Part shown: positions 33,186 to 45,144 of the stretch, one piece after another
Position numbering within the stretch: the first letter of the stretch is position 1
Layout of the letters: each line of letters opens with the position of its first letter
Assembly: GCA_000146045.2 (NCBI GenBank)
Contig: BK006945.2
Coordinates: forward strand, 672,001 to 736,000
DNA length: 64,000 nt
Source of the DNA: TPA_inf: Saccharomyces
Taxonomy: Eukaryota
Direction: 5' to 3'
The notes under the pieces: model-generated
What the model was told of the DNA's origin: nothing
Databases searched by the model: none
The model's input: the letters and a program-made list of their open reading frames with translations, nothing else
Made by a program: the position numbers and the translations under genes

Positions 33186-34130
33186 ATGATGCGGTTAATA
33201 CGTACATTGCCGCTTCGATGCTTCAAAACTAGAATACGGCGGCAAGGCTCGTTGTTGTGTTTGCGGTGCTTTAGTTCGTATTCAAAACCACTTTTGCAGA
33301 AATCAATGTCATTGAAAAATATCCAGTTATCAGACCTATCCTCATCGCCATTATCCAAGAACAAGGAGAAGCAGGAGAAGCCAGAGAAGGAAAACGAAGG
33401 AAAGCACTCCATTGGCCTGTTAGACAGATTTTCAGAGGACTTTATTACTCAGGGCAATGGATTGAAACCTACTACTTCACAAAATCAATTGGATACTATA
33501 AAGTTTTATCAAATGCTTCGTGAAAGAGGCAATTTTTCCGATGAACAATGTAAAATTATCATAGCTCTATTGTTGCAACTACTAAATGATCAGTTTTATT
33601 CCTGTTACAATGATTTGTTCTTAAGGGATATGGAGCTGAATAAACAATCACATTTGTTCAGCTCGCTAGAAACAGAATTGAAATTCGCAATTCAAAACTC
33701 TAGAGACACGCAACTAAATGAGCACCACTTGCAATTATTAAAACTCAAGAGAGAACTTAACTCAATCCATGATGAACTGAATGAAATCATAATAGATCTT
33801 TTGCAAAAGGACGCTAAATTAGAATTTAACAATCAAAAATTAGAAAACACCCTTTTGTATCGACAATTAAACCTGAAATTGAACGACTGTTCTAACAAGA
33901 TTCAAACCAAGATACTGGGGGATATCAGGTCACATATCGAAAATTTAAGATGGCAGACAACCAGAAGCGGTCTTTTGGTAATATTAGTCCTTGTTTGTTC
34001 GATTATGATCGGTGTAAGCGCATCTAAGAAGGAACGCCCAGGTTTACAGGAACCTGAGGAACCTGAAATTTTAGCACCAAAGGAAGACATTGATACTACC
34101 TTCCCTCAAGATCAACATGATATAGATTAA
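33186..34130 (+). CDS. YLR283W: YLR283W, a 314 aa coiled-coil protein with a C-terminal transmembrane segment. Probably mitochondrial.
   Basis: A basic/amphipathic N-terminus (MMRLIRTLPLRCFKTRIRRQ) suggests a mitochondrial presequence. Hydrophobic segment LLVILVLVCSIMIGV. Position matches. Confidence 0.8.
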   Translation: MMRLIRTLPLRCFKTRIRRQGSLLCLRCFSSYSKPLLQKSMSLKNIQLSDLSSSPLSKNKEKQEKPEKENEGKHSIGLLDRFSEDFITQGNGLKPTTSQNQLDTIKFYQMLRERGNFSDEQCKIIIALLLQLLNDQFYSCYNDLFLRDMELNKQSHLFSSLETELKFAIQNSRDTQLNEHHLQLLKLKRELNSIHDELNEIIIDLLQKDAKLEFNNQKLENTLLYRQLNLKLNDCSNKIQTKILGDIRSHIENLRWQTTRSGLLVILVLVCSIMIGVSASKKERPGLQEPEEPEILAPKEDIDTTFPQDQHDID

Positions 34131-34197
34131 TTAGCATACATATTGTCTGTACATAAGTATATTGTGTGTGCGTTTTGTTTCACTGAGAAAGCGGACG

Positions 34198-35040
34198 TCA
34201 TAAACGATGCTTCCTTTGTTTCGAGCCCAGCTGCCTAAATCTTTTTAAGGGCTCTCCATCTACCCAATACTTGAGAGATTCATTTACTTCCACTGAGTTA
34301 GCCTTATTGAATGCATCGATGTGGTTCGATTTCAGCAATTTTTTCATCCCTAAGCAACTGGGCAGGTATAGCCCTTTCACTTTCTCCCTCAATTCTTCTA
34401 AGACCTTTGCATTGAACGCTTCAGCGTTTGAAGATGGCATGTTAAAATTCTTGCTTATAAATCCGTTCTCGCACATTATATCGTACTTGAATGGTTTGTT
34501 GAACATGAGGCATTCATACGTCGTATTTGTGCCAAACTTCAATGGCAAAGAGACCGTTGTACCACCTTCGGTAATTAGTCCTAAGTTAGCAAAGGGGTAT
34601 AGCAAATAAACCTTGTCATTTATACTGTACACAATGTCACATAACGCTACCAGTGCCGCGCTCAACCCTATTGCTGGTCCATTCAAACAGCAAATTAAAA
34701 CTTTGGAATGCTTGATGAAGGCATCAGTGACATAAACATTTCTAGCGACAAAATTTGACACCCACTTGCTTGTTTCCGAAGGATATTTATTGGTATCATC
34801 CCCTTGGGCTTTTGCAATACCCTTGAAATCAGCACCACTGGAAAAAAATCTACCACTGCTTTGTATAATTGTAAAATATACATCACGATTTCTGTCCGCT
34901 AGTTCTAGTAACTCTCCTAAATAAATATAGTCTTCACCTTCTAGTGCATTCAAATTGTCAGGGTTCATTAAGTGAATAATGAAGAATGGTCCTTCAATAC
35001 GATAACTGATTTTCTCATTTTGCCTAATTTCTTGCGACAT
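34198..35040 (-). CDS. ECI1: Peroxisomal delta3,delta2-enoyl-CoA isomerase Eci1, 280 aa, with C-terminal PTS1 -HRL.
   Basis: Crotonase fold. C-terminal KQRKHRL. The real start is MSQEIRQNEK (ATG 35038-35040). The track ORF extends upstream to an in-frame Met codon. Confidence 0.85.
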   Translation of the reverse strand: MSQEIRQNEKISYRIEGPFFIIHLMNPDNLNALEGEDYIYLGELLELADRNRDVYFTIIQSSGRFFSSGADFKGIAKAQGDDTNKYPSETSKWVSNFVARNVYVTDAFIKHSKVLICCLNGPAIGLSAALVALCDIVYSINDKVYLLYPFANLGLITEGGTTVSLPLKFGTNTTYECLMFNKPFKYDIMCENGFISKNFNMPSSNAEAFNAKVLEELREKVKGLYLPSCLGMKKLLKSNHIDAFNKANSVEVNESLKYWVDGEPLKRFRQLGSKQRKHRL

Positions 35041-35190
35041 ATTGTTCTTCCTTCCTTTACTGTGCGAGCAATTTGTGCCATACACTCCAATTATCTATCC
35101 ATATGTTCATCTTTCAGTTCTTATATATAGTGCTTCACTTTTATTAACCGCTCTTGGGGTAAAAGAGAAACGGTCACTGCTACAGCCTTT

Positions 35191-35213
35191 CGGAATAATA
35201 TTTCTTATGCCCG
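35191..35213. promoter_or_regulatory. Oleate response element (Oaf1/Pip2 site) in the ECI1 promoter.
   Basis: On the minus strand, CGG-GCA-TAA-GAAATATTATT-CCG fits CGGN3TNAN9-12CCG exactly, about 150-175 bp upstream of the ECI1 ATG. Confidence 0.6.
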
Positions 35214-35359
35214 TCGCCAATTTCAGATTCTTTCCTTCGTGCCGCATTTATTTTATTTTTCAAAATGACGAGAAGTTAAAATCTAAAATCAGGAAAAAGA
35301 ACAGTTGCAGATGACGAAATACTTCGAGCATTATCGCAATAAATAAGGCGTGTAAACGT

Positions 35360-36145
35360 ATGTCAGATATAGAATCATTGGGAGAGGCAGCAGGTTTATT
35401 TGAGGAGCCAGAGGATTTTCTTCCTCCTCCACCAAAACCTCATTTTGCAGAATATCAAAGGTCACACATCACAAAAGAGTCCAAATCAGATGTTAAAGAC
35501 ATCAAACTCCGTCTCGTTGGAACGTCACCACTTTGGGGTCATCTCTTGTGGAATGCAGGAATATACACCGCAAATCACTTGGATTCTCATCCAGAATTAA
35601 TAAAGGGGAAGACTGTTTTAGAATTGGGTGCTGCTGCTGCTTTACCTTCCGTTATTTGTGCTTTGAATGGGGCTCAAATGGTTGTTTCAACTGATTATCC
35701 AGATCCTGATTTAATGCAGAACATCGATTATAATATAAAGTCTAACGTTCCTGAAGATTTTAATAATGTCAGTACGGAGGGTTATATTTGGGGAAACGAT
35801 TATTCTCCATTGTTGGCACATATCGAAAAAATAGGTAACAATAATGGAAAGTTTGACTTAATCATTTTAAGTGATTTAGTCTTCAATCATACGGAACATC
35901 ACAAATTACTTCAAACAACAAAGGATTTATTAGCTGAGAAAGGTCAGGCGTTGGTAGTATTTTCACCGCATAGACCAAAATTGTTGGAGAAGGATTTAGA
36001 ATTCTTCGAATTGGCTAAGAACGAGTTCCATTTGGTTCCTCAGCTAATTGAAATGGTTAATTGGAAACCGATGTTTGACGAAGACGAGGAAACAATCGAA
36101 GTCAGATCTCGTGTTTATGCGTACTATTTAACACATGAAAAGTAG
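35360..36145 (+). CDS. NNT1: Class I SAM-dependent methyltransferase Nnt1/Efm7 (eEF1A N-terminal methyltransferase), 261 aa.
   Basis: Methyltransferase motif [13 protein letters not shown]. Size and position (YLR285W) match. Confidence 0.85.
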
Positions 36146-36447
36146 TAAGTGGGCGGAATTGGCATTCTCAACAATCATTTTTATGTTTGTAAACCAGTGT
36201 CCTTTGATATGTAACAATTAAATAAAATAAGTCATGATGGGGCACGAATTCGCAAAATGGTAGAAACACAGTAAATCGAAGAAAATTAAATAATTCGTTA
36301 TAGATATAAAGTAGTCGATTATAAAAACGTAAAAACATGAAGGCAGGGTACCTTGACGAAATAAAAGAGAGGCGGTGAGATGAGGTGAAAAATAAAGAAT
36401 ATTGCAAAAAAAAATATTCGGACTCTATGAATCAATCTCTAATAACT

Positions 36448-38136
36448 TTAAAAGTAATTGCTTTCCAAATAAGAGAAATTACATTGGGTATAGACTGAGT
36501 CGCCGGAGTCATAAGCATAACATGTGGTTCCAGAAGCACATTCCATGTAAACCCAAGCGCTATGATCACAAACGGCGAACTTCCCATCAGCAGAGCATGC
36601 AATTTCACCTTCAGTACAGGTAGATTTACCGTTCAATTTACCAGCCGCATATTGAGCATTCAATTCTTTAGCCAATGTACGAGCTGTACTGTCTGAGCTT
36701 GTACTACCTGAGCTTGTACTACCTGAGCTTGTACTGGTCGTTGTTGGGGAAAGCGTACTAGTAGTAGCTGTCTGTAGGGAAACGACAGAAGAACTCTTCG
36801 TTGCTGGCGAAAGAGTACTAGTGATAGCTGTTTGAATTGGGGCCGAAGAAACTATGCTAGTAGTAGTTGTTTGAGGGGTCACCAAGGCAGCACTGGTTAT
36901 TTGGGAAGATAGAGTAGTTTTCATACTTGTGATAGCAACTGAATTTAAAGTGCTCTCTGTTGTGGTGGTACCTAGACTAGATTTTGTCTTGGTGCTACTC
37001 GTCAATGTTTTTGTAGTTTGAGTAATTGATGTTTTGATAGCGCTGCTTGCAGTTGGAGATAAAGTAACTTTGCTTTTACTTTGTGTAGATGTCGTAGATT
37101 GTGTGGTCTTTTTCTGAGAAGTTGAAGCAGATGAAGTTGAAGCAGATGAAGTTGAGGCTGCTGAGGTTTTTGAGGTGGCAACTGTAGTAGTGGCGGTCTG
37201 GCTAGCACTTGTTAGCAAATTCTTCAAAATCTCAACATATGGTTCACCATTTAGCTCGTTGGAAAAGGCTTGAGATGCATCCCATAACGCAATACCACCA
37301 AAAGAACTTGAAGAGGCAATATCTGCAATAGTTGATTCCAATAAAGAAGTGTCAGAAATATAACCAGAGCCAGCAGCAGAAGCAGAACCAGGTAAACCTA
37401 AGAACAGTTTGATATTTTTATTTGGGGATACAGTTTGAGCATAGGTTAACCAAGTATCCCAATTGAATTGACCACTCACACTGCAGTAATTATTGTAAAA
37501 TTGGATGAACGCAAAATCAATGTCTGCATTTTCCAACAAGTCACCAACAGAAGCATCCGGGTATGGACATTGTGGTGCGGCAGAAAGGTAATATTGCTTT
37601 GTACCTTCGGCAAACAAAGTTCTTAACTTGGTAGCTAACGCACTATAGCCTACTTCGTTGTTGTTTTCAATATCAAAATCAAAACCATCAACGACTGCTG
37701 AGTCAAATGGTCTCTCACTGGCACCTGTACCTTCACCGAAAGTATCCCATAAAGTTTGTGCAAAAGTTTCCGCTTGAGAATCATCTGAAAAGAGGTAGCT
37801 ACCAGATGCACCACCTAATGATAATAGAACTTTCTTTCCTAGGGACTGGCAAGTTTCAATATCTTCAGCAATCTGGGTGCAGTGAAGTAAGCCATCAGAA
37901 AAAGTATCAGAGCATGCGTTGGCAAAGTTCAAACCAAGGGTTGGAAATTGGTTCAAGAAAGATAATAGGAAAATATCAGCATCAGAAGATTCACAGTAAG
38001 TAGCTAAGGATTCTTGCGTTCCTGCTGAGTTTTGACCCCAATAAACAGCAATATTTGTGTTAGCAGACCTATCAAAGGCATCGGTTGGCAGTAGTAAGAA
38101 TTGTGTGAATAGAAGAATGATGTAAAGGAGTGACAT
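36448..38136 (-). CDS. CTS1: Endochitinase Cts1 (GH18) with a Ser/Thr-rich linker and a C-terminal chitin-binding domain, 562 aa.
   Basis: Signal peptide, GH18 catalytic region (DGFDFDIE), long S/T-rich repeats, C-terminal Cys-rich domain. Confidence 0.95.
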   Translation of the reverse strand: MSLLYIILLFTQFLLLPTDAFDRSANTNIAVYWGQNSAGTQESLATYCESSDADIFLLSFLNQFPTLGLNFANACSDTFSDGLLHCTQIAEDIETCQSLGKKVLLSLGGASGSYLFSDDSQAETFAQTLWDTFGEGTGASERPFDSAVVDGFDFDIENNNEVGYSALATKLRTLFAEGTKQYYLSAAPQCPYPDASVGDLLENADIDFAFIQFYNNYCSVSGQFNWDTWLTYAQTVSPNKNIKLFLGLPGSASAAGSGYISDTSLLESTIADIASSSSFGGIALWDASQAFSNELNGEPYVEILKNLLTSASQTATTTVATSKTSAASTSSASTSSASTSQKKTTQSTTSTQSKSKVTLSPTASSAIKTSITQTTKTLTSSTKTKSSLGTTTTESTLNSVAITSMKTTLSSQITSAALVTPQTTTTSIVSSAPIQTAITSTLSPATKSSSVVSLQTATTSTLSPTTTSTSSGSTSSGSTSSDSTARTLAKELNAQYAAGKLNGKSTCTEGEIACSADGKFAVCDHSAWVYMECASGTTCYAYDSGDSVYTQCNFSYLESNYF

Positions 38137-38676
38137 TCTATTATTAATTATTTTATATTTAAATTAGAATTTCAATGTATTGGAAAAAGAGTGGTTTTAA
38201 AAAAGGTAGGTTGTGAAACGAGCGACAGTTATTATTTTTGGATATAAAAAGGTTCAAAGGAATGACAGGTTTATTTTTTTTATGTTATTGAGTCTTAAAT
38301 GAGTGAAAGATCTTCAATGTTATGAAAAAACTTGACTGATATAATCTTAATGTAATGTATTGTTGTTGTCCATTCTATAAATTATACAAGGAAAGGTAAG
38401 TGAGACGTTTTTCCTCCATCCAAGGACCTAATACCTGCATCTTTTTATATCTTTGACCAATGCCTATGAAGCCAAATACTTCCGTCCATATTAGTTTTTT
38501 TTTGTTCCTTGAATCCTGCACCGAACCATCGAGGGGCTTAGTTCTTACACCAATGCTAATGTTTACTCAACATCTGAAACACATAAACAAATAAACAAAC
38601 ACCAAACATTGCACGTTAGAAACTCATATTTACTCGCACATATCTGTTAAGGCGAGGCTGGTTATTTTTTCAAGGG

Positions 38677-38702
38677 ACCAGCATTTCCAATTTTTCACCA
38701 GC
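38677..38702. promoter_or_regulatory. Two Ace2/Swi5-type ACCAGC motifs 20 bp apart, about 540-565 bp upstream of CTS1.
   Basis: ACCAGC at 38677-38682 and at 38697-38702. CTS1 is the classic Ace2 target, with its upstream activating sequence in this region. Confidence 0.5.
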
Positions 38703-38990
38703 GGCAAAGAAAAATACCAACAAGCAGGAATCACACCCACGCATCTCATTTTGCGTTACTATGACAACTACAAAATTTGAATTTGTTAACGAGAATGACG
38801 TATATAAGTTCGATTTTGTTGAGGATATCCCACATATTCCCACCAACCAACCACTATATTAATGGACATGGTTTTTGCCGTGACCGTGGATCTCGCAGCT
38901 ACACAATGATATCTCTTGTATCCGTTTTAGCATGAATTTCTAAACAAGACTGATTATATACCATGCACTGTAACATTCAGAGAAAATATA

Positions 38991-40058
38991 CTAAAACAAT
39001 TCATTGAATTTTATCTCCCATGTGTCAATCCATTTCTTTCTTTTTGGATCACCTTCATATAGTTTACTCATTTGGATAAGAACTTTTTTAGTTACTGCAA
39101 CTAATGCAGCCTGTTCTTCTTTTACCTCCTCATTGGTAAAGTTCTTCGGCTCAAATTGTACAGTGGATACCACTTCATCCAAAAGTAACTGTATTTCCTT
39201 CAGATATGTATGTATACTGTCTAAAGTTTCTGCTTGATTCCTCTTAGGAGTAAAATCTTTTGACACCAGAGTTTTCCTGAAAGTTGATACAAGTAATTTG
39301 ATTAGCTTTATCTTCCTCGTAAACCCATCGAAAAACAACTTTATATTTTCATAGACCTTTTCCTGGTCAAATTCCTCTTTCTGTGAATCAGATTCGGATT
39401 CTGAATCCTCAAAATCCAAAAATATATCGTCCGAGTTTGCTGAAAAATCGGGTTCCTCAAGCCACTCTTTTATTTCATTCATTGTATCGTCCATTATGGC
39501 CACATTATCTTTTAAGATGTTTGCTAGGATCCCATAAGGTCCAGCCTTGGAACAATTAGAGAGAGAATCGCACGCATTGAATATTTTACCAACTGAGGTT
39601 AACCTTTCTTTGTCTAGAGATGCATTTTCGTCATTTTTCAATCTTTCTTGTAATTCGGCAATGAAATCTCTCAAGCCATCGAGCAATTGTAGCGTACTTT
39701 CATCCAGTTGGTCTGTAAAGTATTTGGGGCAATCCTTGTTATTGTAAAACAAAGGGAATAAACTTAGTAAGTAGAATAATGGCCTACTAAAATTTTGGAT
39801 TTCGGTAATCACAACTTTATGATTGTTATCAAAAGTTCCTGGCTTGCAAACAATACCTATTTTTGTGCAATGTGCCTTCAATACAGAGGCTAATTTGTCT
39901 AGTTCCTTAGTTGGGGTGGAACCTTGTAGTTTGGTAGTAGAGGAGATTTTACGCAAGTCTTCCGGCTTTTTGTATGGCACTAAAAACTGTTCATCTATAG
40001 AATTCAGCAGTTCCAATAATTTGACGTCATCCTTTCTATCACTGCTTCCAGTAGACAT
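38991..40058 (-). CDS. YLR287C: YLR287C, protein of unknown function, about 355 aa.
   Basis: The track ORF starts at TTG (40125-40127). The first ATG gives MSTGSSDRKDDVKLLELL... Position is between CTS1 and RPS30A. Confidence 0.75.
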   Translation of the reverse strand: MSTGSSDRKDDVKLLELLNSIDEQFLVPYKKPEDLRKISSTTKLQGSTPTKELDKLASVLKAHCTKIGIVCKPGTFDNNHKVVITEIQNFSRPLFYLLSLFPLFYNNKDCPKYFTDQLDESTLQLLDGLRDFIAELQERLKNDENASLDKERLTSVGKIFNACDSLSNCSKAGPYGILANILKDNVAIMDDTMNEIKEWLEEPDFSANSDDIFLDFEDSESESDSQKEEFDQEKVYENIKLFFDGFTRKIKLIKLLVSTFRKTLVSKDFTPKRNQAETLDSIHTYLKEIQLLLDEVVSTVQFEPKNFTNEEVKEEQAALVAVTKKVLIQMSKLYEGDPKRKKWIDTWEIKFNELF

Positions 40059-40536
40059 TATTGTATAACTGGTATTTCTCTTATAAAGTTTATAATAGGC
40101 GTCTCTGGTGATGCTTGTTGACCTCAATGGATTTTGTTAAAAGGAGGCTTCATGTCATCGTCAAGATCATTGCAGTTTTTTTCTAGTTTTTTTTTTTTCA
40201 TTGCCACATTATGAAGCGCCCATTCAAAAACAACTAGAAAAACGTTTGCCAACCCTAGGTACGGCAAGATCCTCCTTATTAATAAAAGCATCACACCAAG
40301 ACAGCAAAGAAGTAAATCGATAATATGAATAGCATAATTTTGCGAAGTTAAAGTCCTAAAGAAATAATTTATAGTTAACACTACTTACATAATTTCAATA
40401 CTGCTTTATATTTAAAGTAAAAAACGCATAACGGAAATACAAATACAAGTCAAAAACTATCTTGAAGTAAAGATGGCATGACTGCTATTTTGTTTCTTGT
40501 TACTTTTAAGCTCCTTTTCCACAACTGTTAATTTTC

Positions 40537-41158
<622 letters not shown>

Positions 41159-41372
41159 ATTTGCGTAGTTTTTGTATGGGGATATGGAAGATTATTACAG
41201 TGGCAAATTTAATGTGCAGTTCATGTAGCCTTTAAAATGCAACATACCGTTCGTAAGGCTGTTTTGTTCTATCTATTTTTTCTGAGGTTTCCGACAACCT
41301 CACGACATTTTTTTTTTTCGAACGGAAAAAAGAAAAGCAGTTAGTATGTAAAGCACGGATTTTTTTATACAT

Positions 41373-41384
41373 ATGTACGGATGT
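41373..41384. promoter_or_regulatory. Candidate Rap1 site (ACATCCGTACAT on the minus strand) about 215 bp upstream of RPS30A.
   Basis: Resembles the ribosomal-protein-gene Rap1 consensus ACACCCRYACAY with two mismatches. A T-rich tract follows. Confidence 0.35.
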
Positions 41385-41479
41385 GATAGTCTGCAACTCT
41401 GCAACTCTGCAGTTCTCAGCCATGTCAGATTTAAAGAGTTTCCTTAGCAACGTAGCAAAGAAATGTACCGCTGTAGGGT

Positions 41480-42904
41480 TTACAAGCCCTTCGATCTTGC
41501 TATATAATATATGATTTGTCCTCTTTCCCTTGGTTTTTCCACATCTTCGCTATCTTCCAAGCTACCACGATCCAACGAACAGTGGAATACGCAGGATTCG
41601 TCGTGAGAAATCGCCAAAACAACTTCTTCAAATGCAGCGTATAACTTGGAACACACCTTCCAATCTTTGCAACGGATGATTACTTCATGTGTGGACGAAC
41701 TTTCCTGTTCAGCCTTTTCCACCATAACGGATATGTCATTAAATTCAGTATCACCGCTAGTATCAGCTGTGTAAATGTTTCCCCGCGTATCTGCGATCGA
41801 GCTATCCTCAATTCTTAATAAATCTTCATCGTAGCGGATATTTTCTTCCATCTCTCGATCTCTAGTATTGGTATATAGTGAAGACATCGGTTTATCCGCT
41901 TCGATAATCGGAAGAGATCCTTCCTCCTGCCGGCCGTCTGTGTCGATGTGCTGGTTTTGGGAAGGATTGTCAGTGAGCCCTTCTTGGCGTTGTATCACAG
42001 AGTCTAAGGGTCCATTCCAGCATATTTCCAAATGCCAATCTAATTCATTCACAATTATCTTAAGTTCTACATCATCACCTTCATTTCCATGCTCCTTTTT
42101 TTTGACTCCCATTAAATGAATGTGGTTGACATTACTGTACCGTTCAACACGTCTAATAAACCCGTGGAAGGCGGAGCCAAACTCGCCCGATATTGGTGGC
42201 AGCTTGTACATCATCAGTTGAATATAGTTAATCATTGGCTCTTGTATTCGCGTATCTTGTGCTCGGAATAATAGTTTGACAGGTACTTTGAACGAATGCA
42301 TGATAACCTTATTGCTTGCGAGTAGATTTCCTGTGCCTACTGTGGTTGGTAAACCATTGTGCTCATCCACTCCCCCATTCATAACTATAGCGTCATTTGG
42401 GCCGCTAGTATGTACAATTTCTTCGAATGTTATACCTAGAGCACAAATGGGGTTCGGTTTTGAGGTTGTATCTACGCCTCCTGCTGTTCCTCCTGAAAGT
42501 GTTCCGTTATTTGTATTCCATTCTGGCATTGACTGTAGTTTTATAGTCATATTAGAGGAAGATCCTTGGTTCATTACTCGATCATACCTTTTAAACACAC
42601 TCAATAAAGAATCACAATTACACTCCATTGTTATTGTATTGAGCTCGCGAGCTGATATAACTGTATATAATCTGAATACATCATGAGGAATGGTACACCA
42701 AAGCTGACCAGTATCCCCTCGTAATATTGTACCGTTGTTACTGCTGTTGAGTGATGATTTTGGAGTGGATATTATTGTCAATCTTTCACTATTAAATCTT
42801 AAGATAGCCGTCTTTCGTAGCGAAGCAACTGTATTGATAGTAGTTCTTAGCAATTTATAATCATCAGGTGCTTCACAACCATTTACTATCAATTTTAATT
42901 TCAT
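41480..42904 (-). CDS. MEC3: DNA damage checkpoint 9-1-1 clamp subunit Mec3, 474 aa.
   Basis: Size and position (YLR288C) match. ATG confirmed. Confidence 0.85.
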   Translation of the reverse strand: MKLKLIVNGCEAPDDYKLLRTTINTVASLRKTAILRFNSERLTIISTPKSSLNSSNNGTILRGDTGQLWCTIPHDVFRLYTVISARELNTITMECNCDSLLSVFKRYDRVMNQGSSSNMTIKLQSMPEWNTNNGTLSGGTAGGVDTTSKPNPICALGITFEEIVHTSGPNDAIVMNGGVDEHNGLPTTVGTGNLLASNKVIMHSFKVPVKLLFRAQDTRIQEPMINYIQLMMYKLPPISGEFGSAFHGFIRRVERYSNVNHIHLMGVKKKEHGNEGDDVELKIIVNELDWHLEICWNGPLDSVIQRQEGLTDNPSQNQHIDTDGRQEEGSLPIIEADKPMSSLYTNTRDREMEENIRYDEDLLRIEDSSIADTRGNIYTADTSGDTEFNDISVMVEKAEQESSSTHEVIIRCKDWKVCSKLYAAFEEVVLAISHDESCVFHCSLDRGSLEDSEDVEKPRERGQIIYYIARSKGL

Positions 42905-43088
42905 TTAACTGAATTAAGACACACCTTTTGTCTTCTTTTTTCTCTCATCATCTCCGTATGTTTATGTTGCTATTTTGATGTAAATAAAAAAGTTGAATAA
43001 TAGACGAGGGCAAGTATAACTCGCCTATATTTGTAGCCGCAACCATTGAAAAAGAGCCATGAATATGGGAAACTAGTTGCACATAAAA

Positions 43089-45026
43089 ATGCTGAAATTT
43101 AGAATTAGGCCAGTGAGACATATACGGTGTTATAAACGACACGCATATTTCTTACGATATAACCATACGACTACCCCTGCACAGAAGTTACAAGCACAGA
43201 TCGAGCAAATACCTCTCGAAAATTACAGAAATTTCTCTATAGTTGCCCATGTTGACCATGGGAAGTCAACCTTAAGTGACAGACTGCTGGAAATAACGCA
43301 TGTCATCGATCCCAATGCGAGAAATAAACAAGTTTTGGATAAATTGGAAGTCGAAAGAGAAAGAGGTATTACTATAAAGGCGCAAACATGTTCGATGTTT
43401 TATAAAGATAAGAGGACCGGAAAAAACTATCTTTTACATTTAATTGACACGCCAGGACATGTGGACTTCAGAGGTGAAGTTTCACGGTCATATGCGTCTT
43501 GTGGGGGAGCAATTCTTTTGGTTGATGCATCACAAGGCATACAAGCACAGACGGTTGCTAATTTTTATTTAGCCTTCAGTTTAGGATTGAAATTAATTCC
43601 AGTAATAAACAAAATTGATCTAAATTTTACAGATGTTAAACAGGTAAAGGATCAGATAGTGAATAACTTTGAGCTCCCCGAGGAAGATATAATCGGAGTA
43701 AGTGCTAAAACAGGATTAAATGTAGAGGAACTGTTACTACCGGCTATAATTGATCGTATACCACCACCAACGGGGAGGCCTGATAAACCCTTCAGAGCAT
43801 TATTAGTGGATTCTTGGTACGACGCATACTTAGGAGCGGTTCTTCTAGTGAATATTGTTGATGGTTCTGTACGTAAAAATGACAAGGTTATTTGTGCTCA
43901 GACAAAAGAAAAATACGAAGTCAAAGATATTGGAATCATGTATCCTGACAGAACCTCTACAGGTACGCTAAAGACAGGACAGGTTGGCTATCTAGTGCTG
44001 GGAATGAAGGATTCTAAAGAAGCAAAAATTGGAGATACTATAATGCATTTAAGTAAAGTAAATGAAACGGAAGTACTTCCCGGATTTGAAGAACAAAAAC
44101 CCATGGTATTTGTGGGTGCTTTCCCGGCTGATGGGATTGAATTCAAAGCCATGGATGATGATATGAGTAGACTTGTCCTCAACGATAGGTCAGTTACTTT
44201 GGAACGTGAGACCTCCAATGCTTTGGGTCAAGGTTGGAGATTGGGCTTTTTAGGATCTTTACATGCATCTGTTTTTCGTGAACGACTAGAAAAAGAGTAT
44301 GGTTCGAAATTGATCATTACTCAACCCACAGTTCCTTATTTGGTGGAGTTTACCGATGGTAAGAAAAAGCTTATAACAAATCCGGATGAGTTTCCAGACG
44401 GAGCAACAAAGAGGGTGAACGTTGCTGCTTTCCATGAACCGTTTATAGAGGCAGTTATGACATTGCCCCAGGAATATTTAGGTAGTGTCATACGCTTATG
44501 CGATAGTAATAGAGGAGAACAAATTGATATAACATACCTAAACACCAATGGACAAGTGATGTTAAAATATTACCTTCCGCTATCGCATCTAGTTGATGAC
44601 TTTTTTGGTAAATTAAAATCGGTGTCCAGAGGATTTGCCTCTTTAGATTATGAGGATGCTGGCTATAGAATTTCTGATGTTGTAAAACTGCAACTCTTGG
44701 TTAATGGAAATGCGATTGATGCCTTGTCAAGAGTACTTCATAAATCGGAAGTAGAGAGAGTGGGTAGAGAATGGGTGAAGAAGTTTAAAGAGTATGTTAA
44801 ATCACAATTATATGAGGTCGTTATACAGGCCCGAGCTAATAACAAGATAATAGCTAGAGAAACAATTAAGGCAAGAAGAAAAGATGTTCTCCAAAAGCTG
44901 CATGCTTCTGATGTCTCACGAAGGAAAAAACTTTTGGCGAAACAGAAAGAGGGTAAAAAGCATATGAAAACTGTAGGTAATATTCAAATCAACCAAGAGG
45001 CATATCAGGCTTTTTTGCGCCGTTAG
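43089..45026 (+). CDS. GUF1: Mitochondrial translation GTPase Guf1 (LepA/EF4 homolog), 645 aa.
   Basis: G1 [10 protein letters not shown]3 DTPGH, G4 NKID, LepA C-terminal domain. The track ORF starts at TTG 43077; the first ATG is at 43089 (MLKFRIRP...). Confidence 0.92.
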   Translation: MLKFRIRPVRHIRCYKRHAYFLRYNHTTTPAQKLQAQIEQIPLENYRNFSIVAHVDHGKSTLSDRLLEITHVIDPNARNKQVLDKLEVERERGITIKAQTCSMFYKDKRTGKNYLLHLIDTPGHVDFRGEVSRSYASCGGAILLVDASQGIQAQTVANFYLAFSLGLKLIPVINKIDLNFTDVKQVKDQIVNNFELPEEDIIGVSAKTGLNVEELLLPAIIDRIPPPTGRPDKPFRALLVDSWYDAYLGAVLLVNIVDGSVRKNDKVICAQTKEKYEVKDIGIMYPDRTSTGTLKTGQVGYLVLGMKDSKEAKIGDTIMHLSKVNETEVLPGFEEQKPMVFVGAFPADGIEFKAMDDDMSRLVLNDRSVTLERETSNALGQGWRLGFLGSLHASVFRERLEKEYGSKLIITQPTVPYLVEFTDGKKKLITNPDEFPDGATKRVNVAAFHEPFIEAVMTLPQEYLGSVIRLCDSNRGEQIDITYLNTNGQVMLKYYLPLSHLVDDFFGKLKSVSRGFASLDYEDAGYRISDVVKLQLLVNGNAIDALSRVLHKSEVERVGREWVKKFKEYVKSQLYEVVIQARANNKIIARETIKARRKDVLQKLHASDVSRRKKLLAKQKEGKKHMKTVGNIQINQEAYQAFLRR

Positions 45027-45144
45027 CATTGCATATTATTGTTATTACCATTTTAAAATTATACCAAGCTGTATATAGTTAAGTACTTTTCATTTGTAAA
45101 TAAAAGAGAAAAATAGATTAATAAATATAATAATGGCATAATCA

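Noticed and set aside
33071-33412. A 113-aa minus-strand ORF overlapping the 5-prime end of YLR283W.
   Set aside because: It overlaps a better-supported gene on the opposite strand and has no recognisable features. It is a dubious ORF.
38275-38295. Candidate ARS consensus match (tttttatgttat; 10 of 11 positions match WTTTAYRTTTW).
   Set aside because: Single near-matches to the AT-rich ARS consensus sequence are abundant in AT-rich intergenic DNA. I saw no B-element evidence, so no origin is called.
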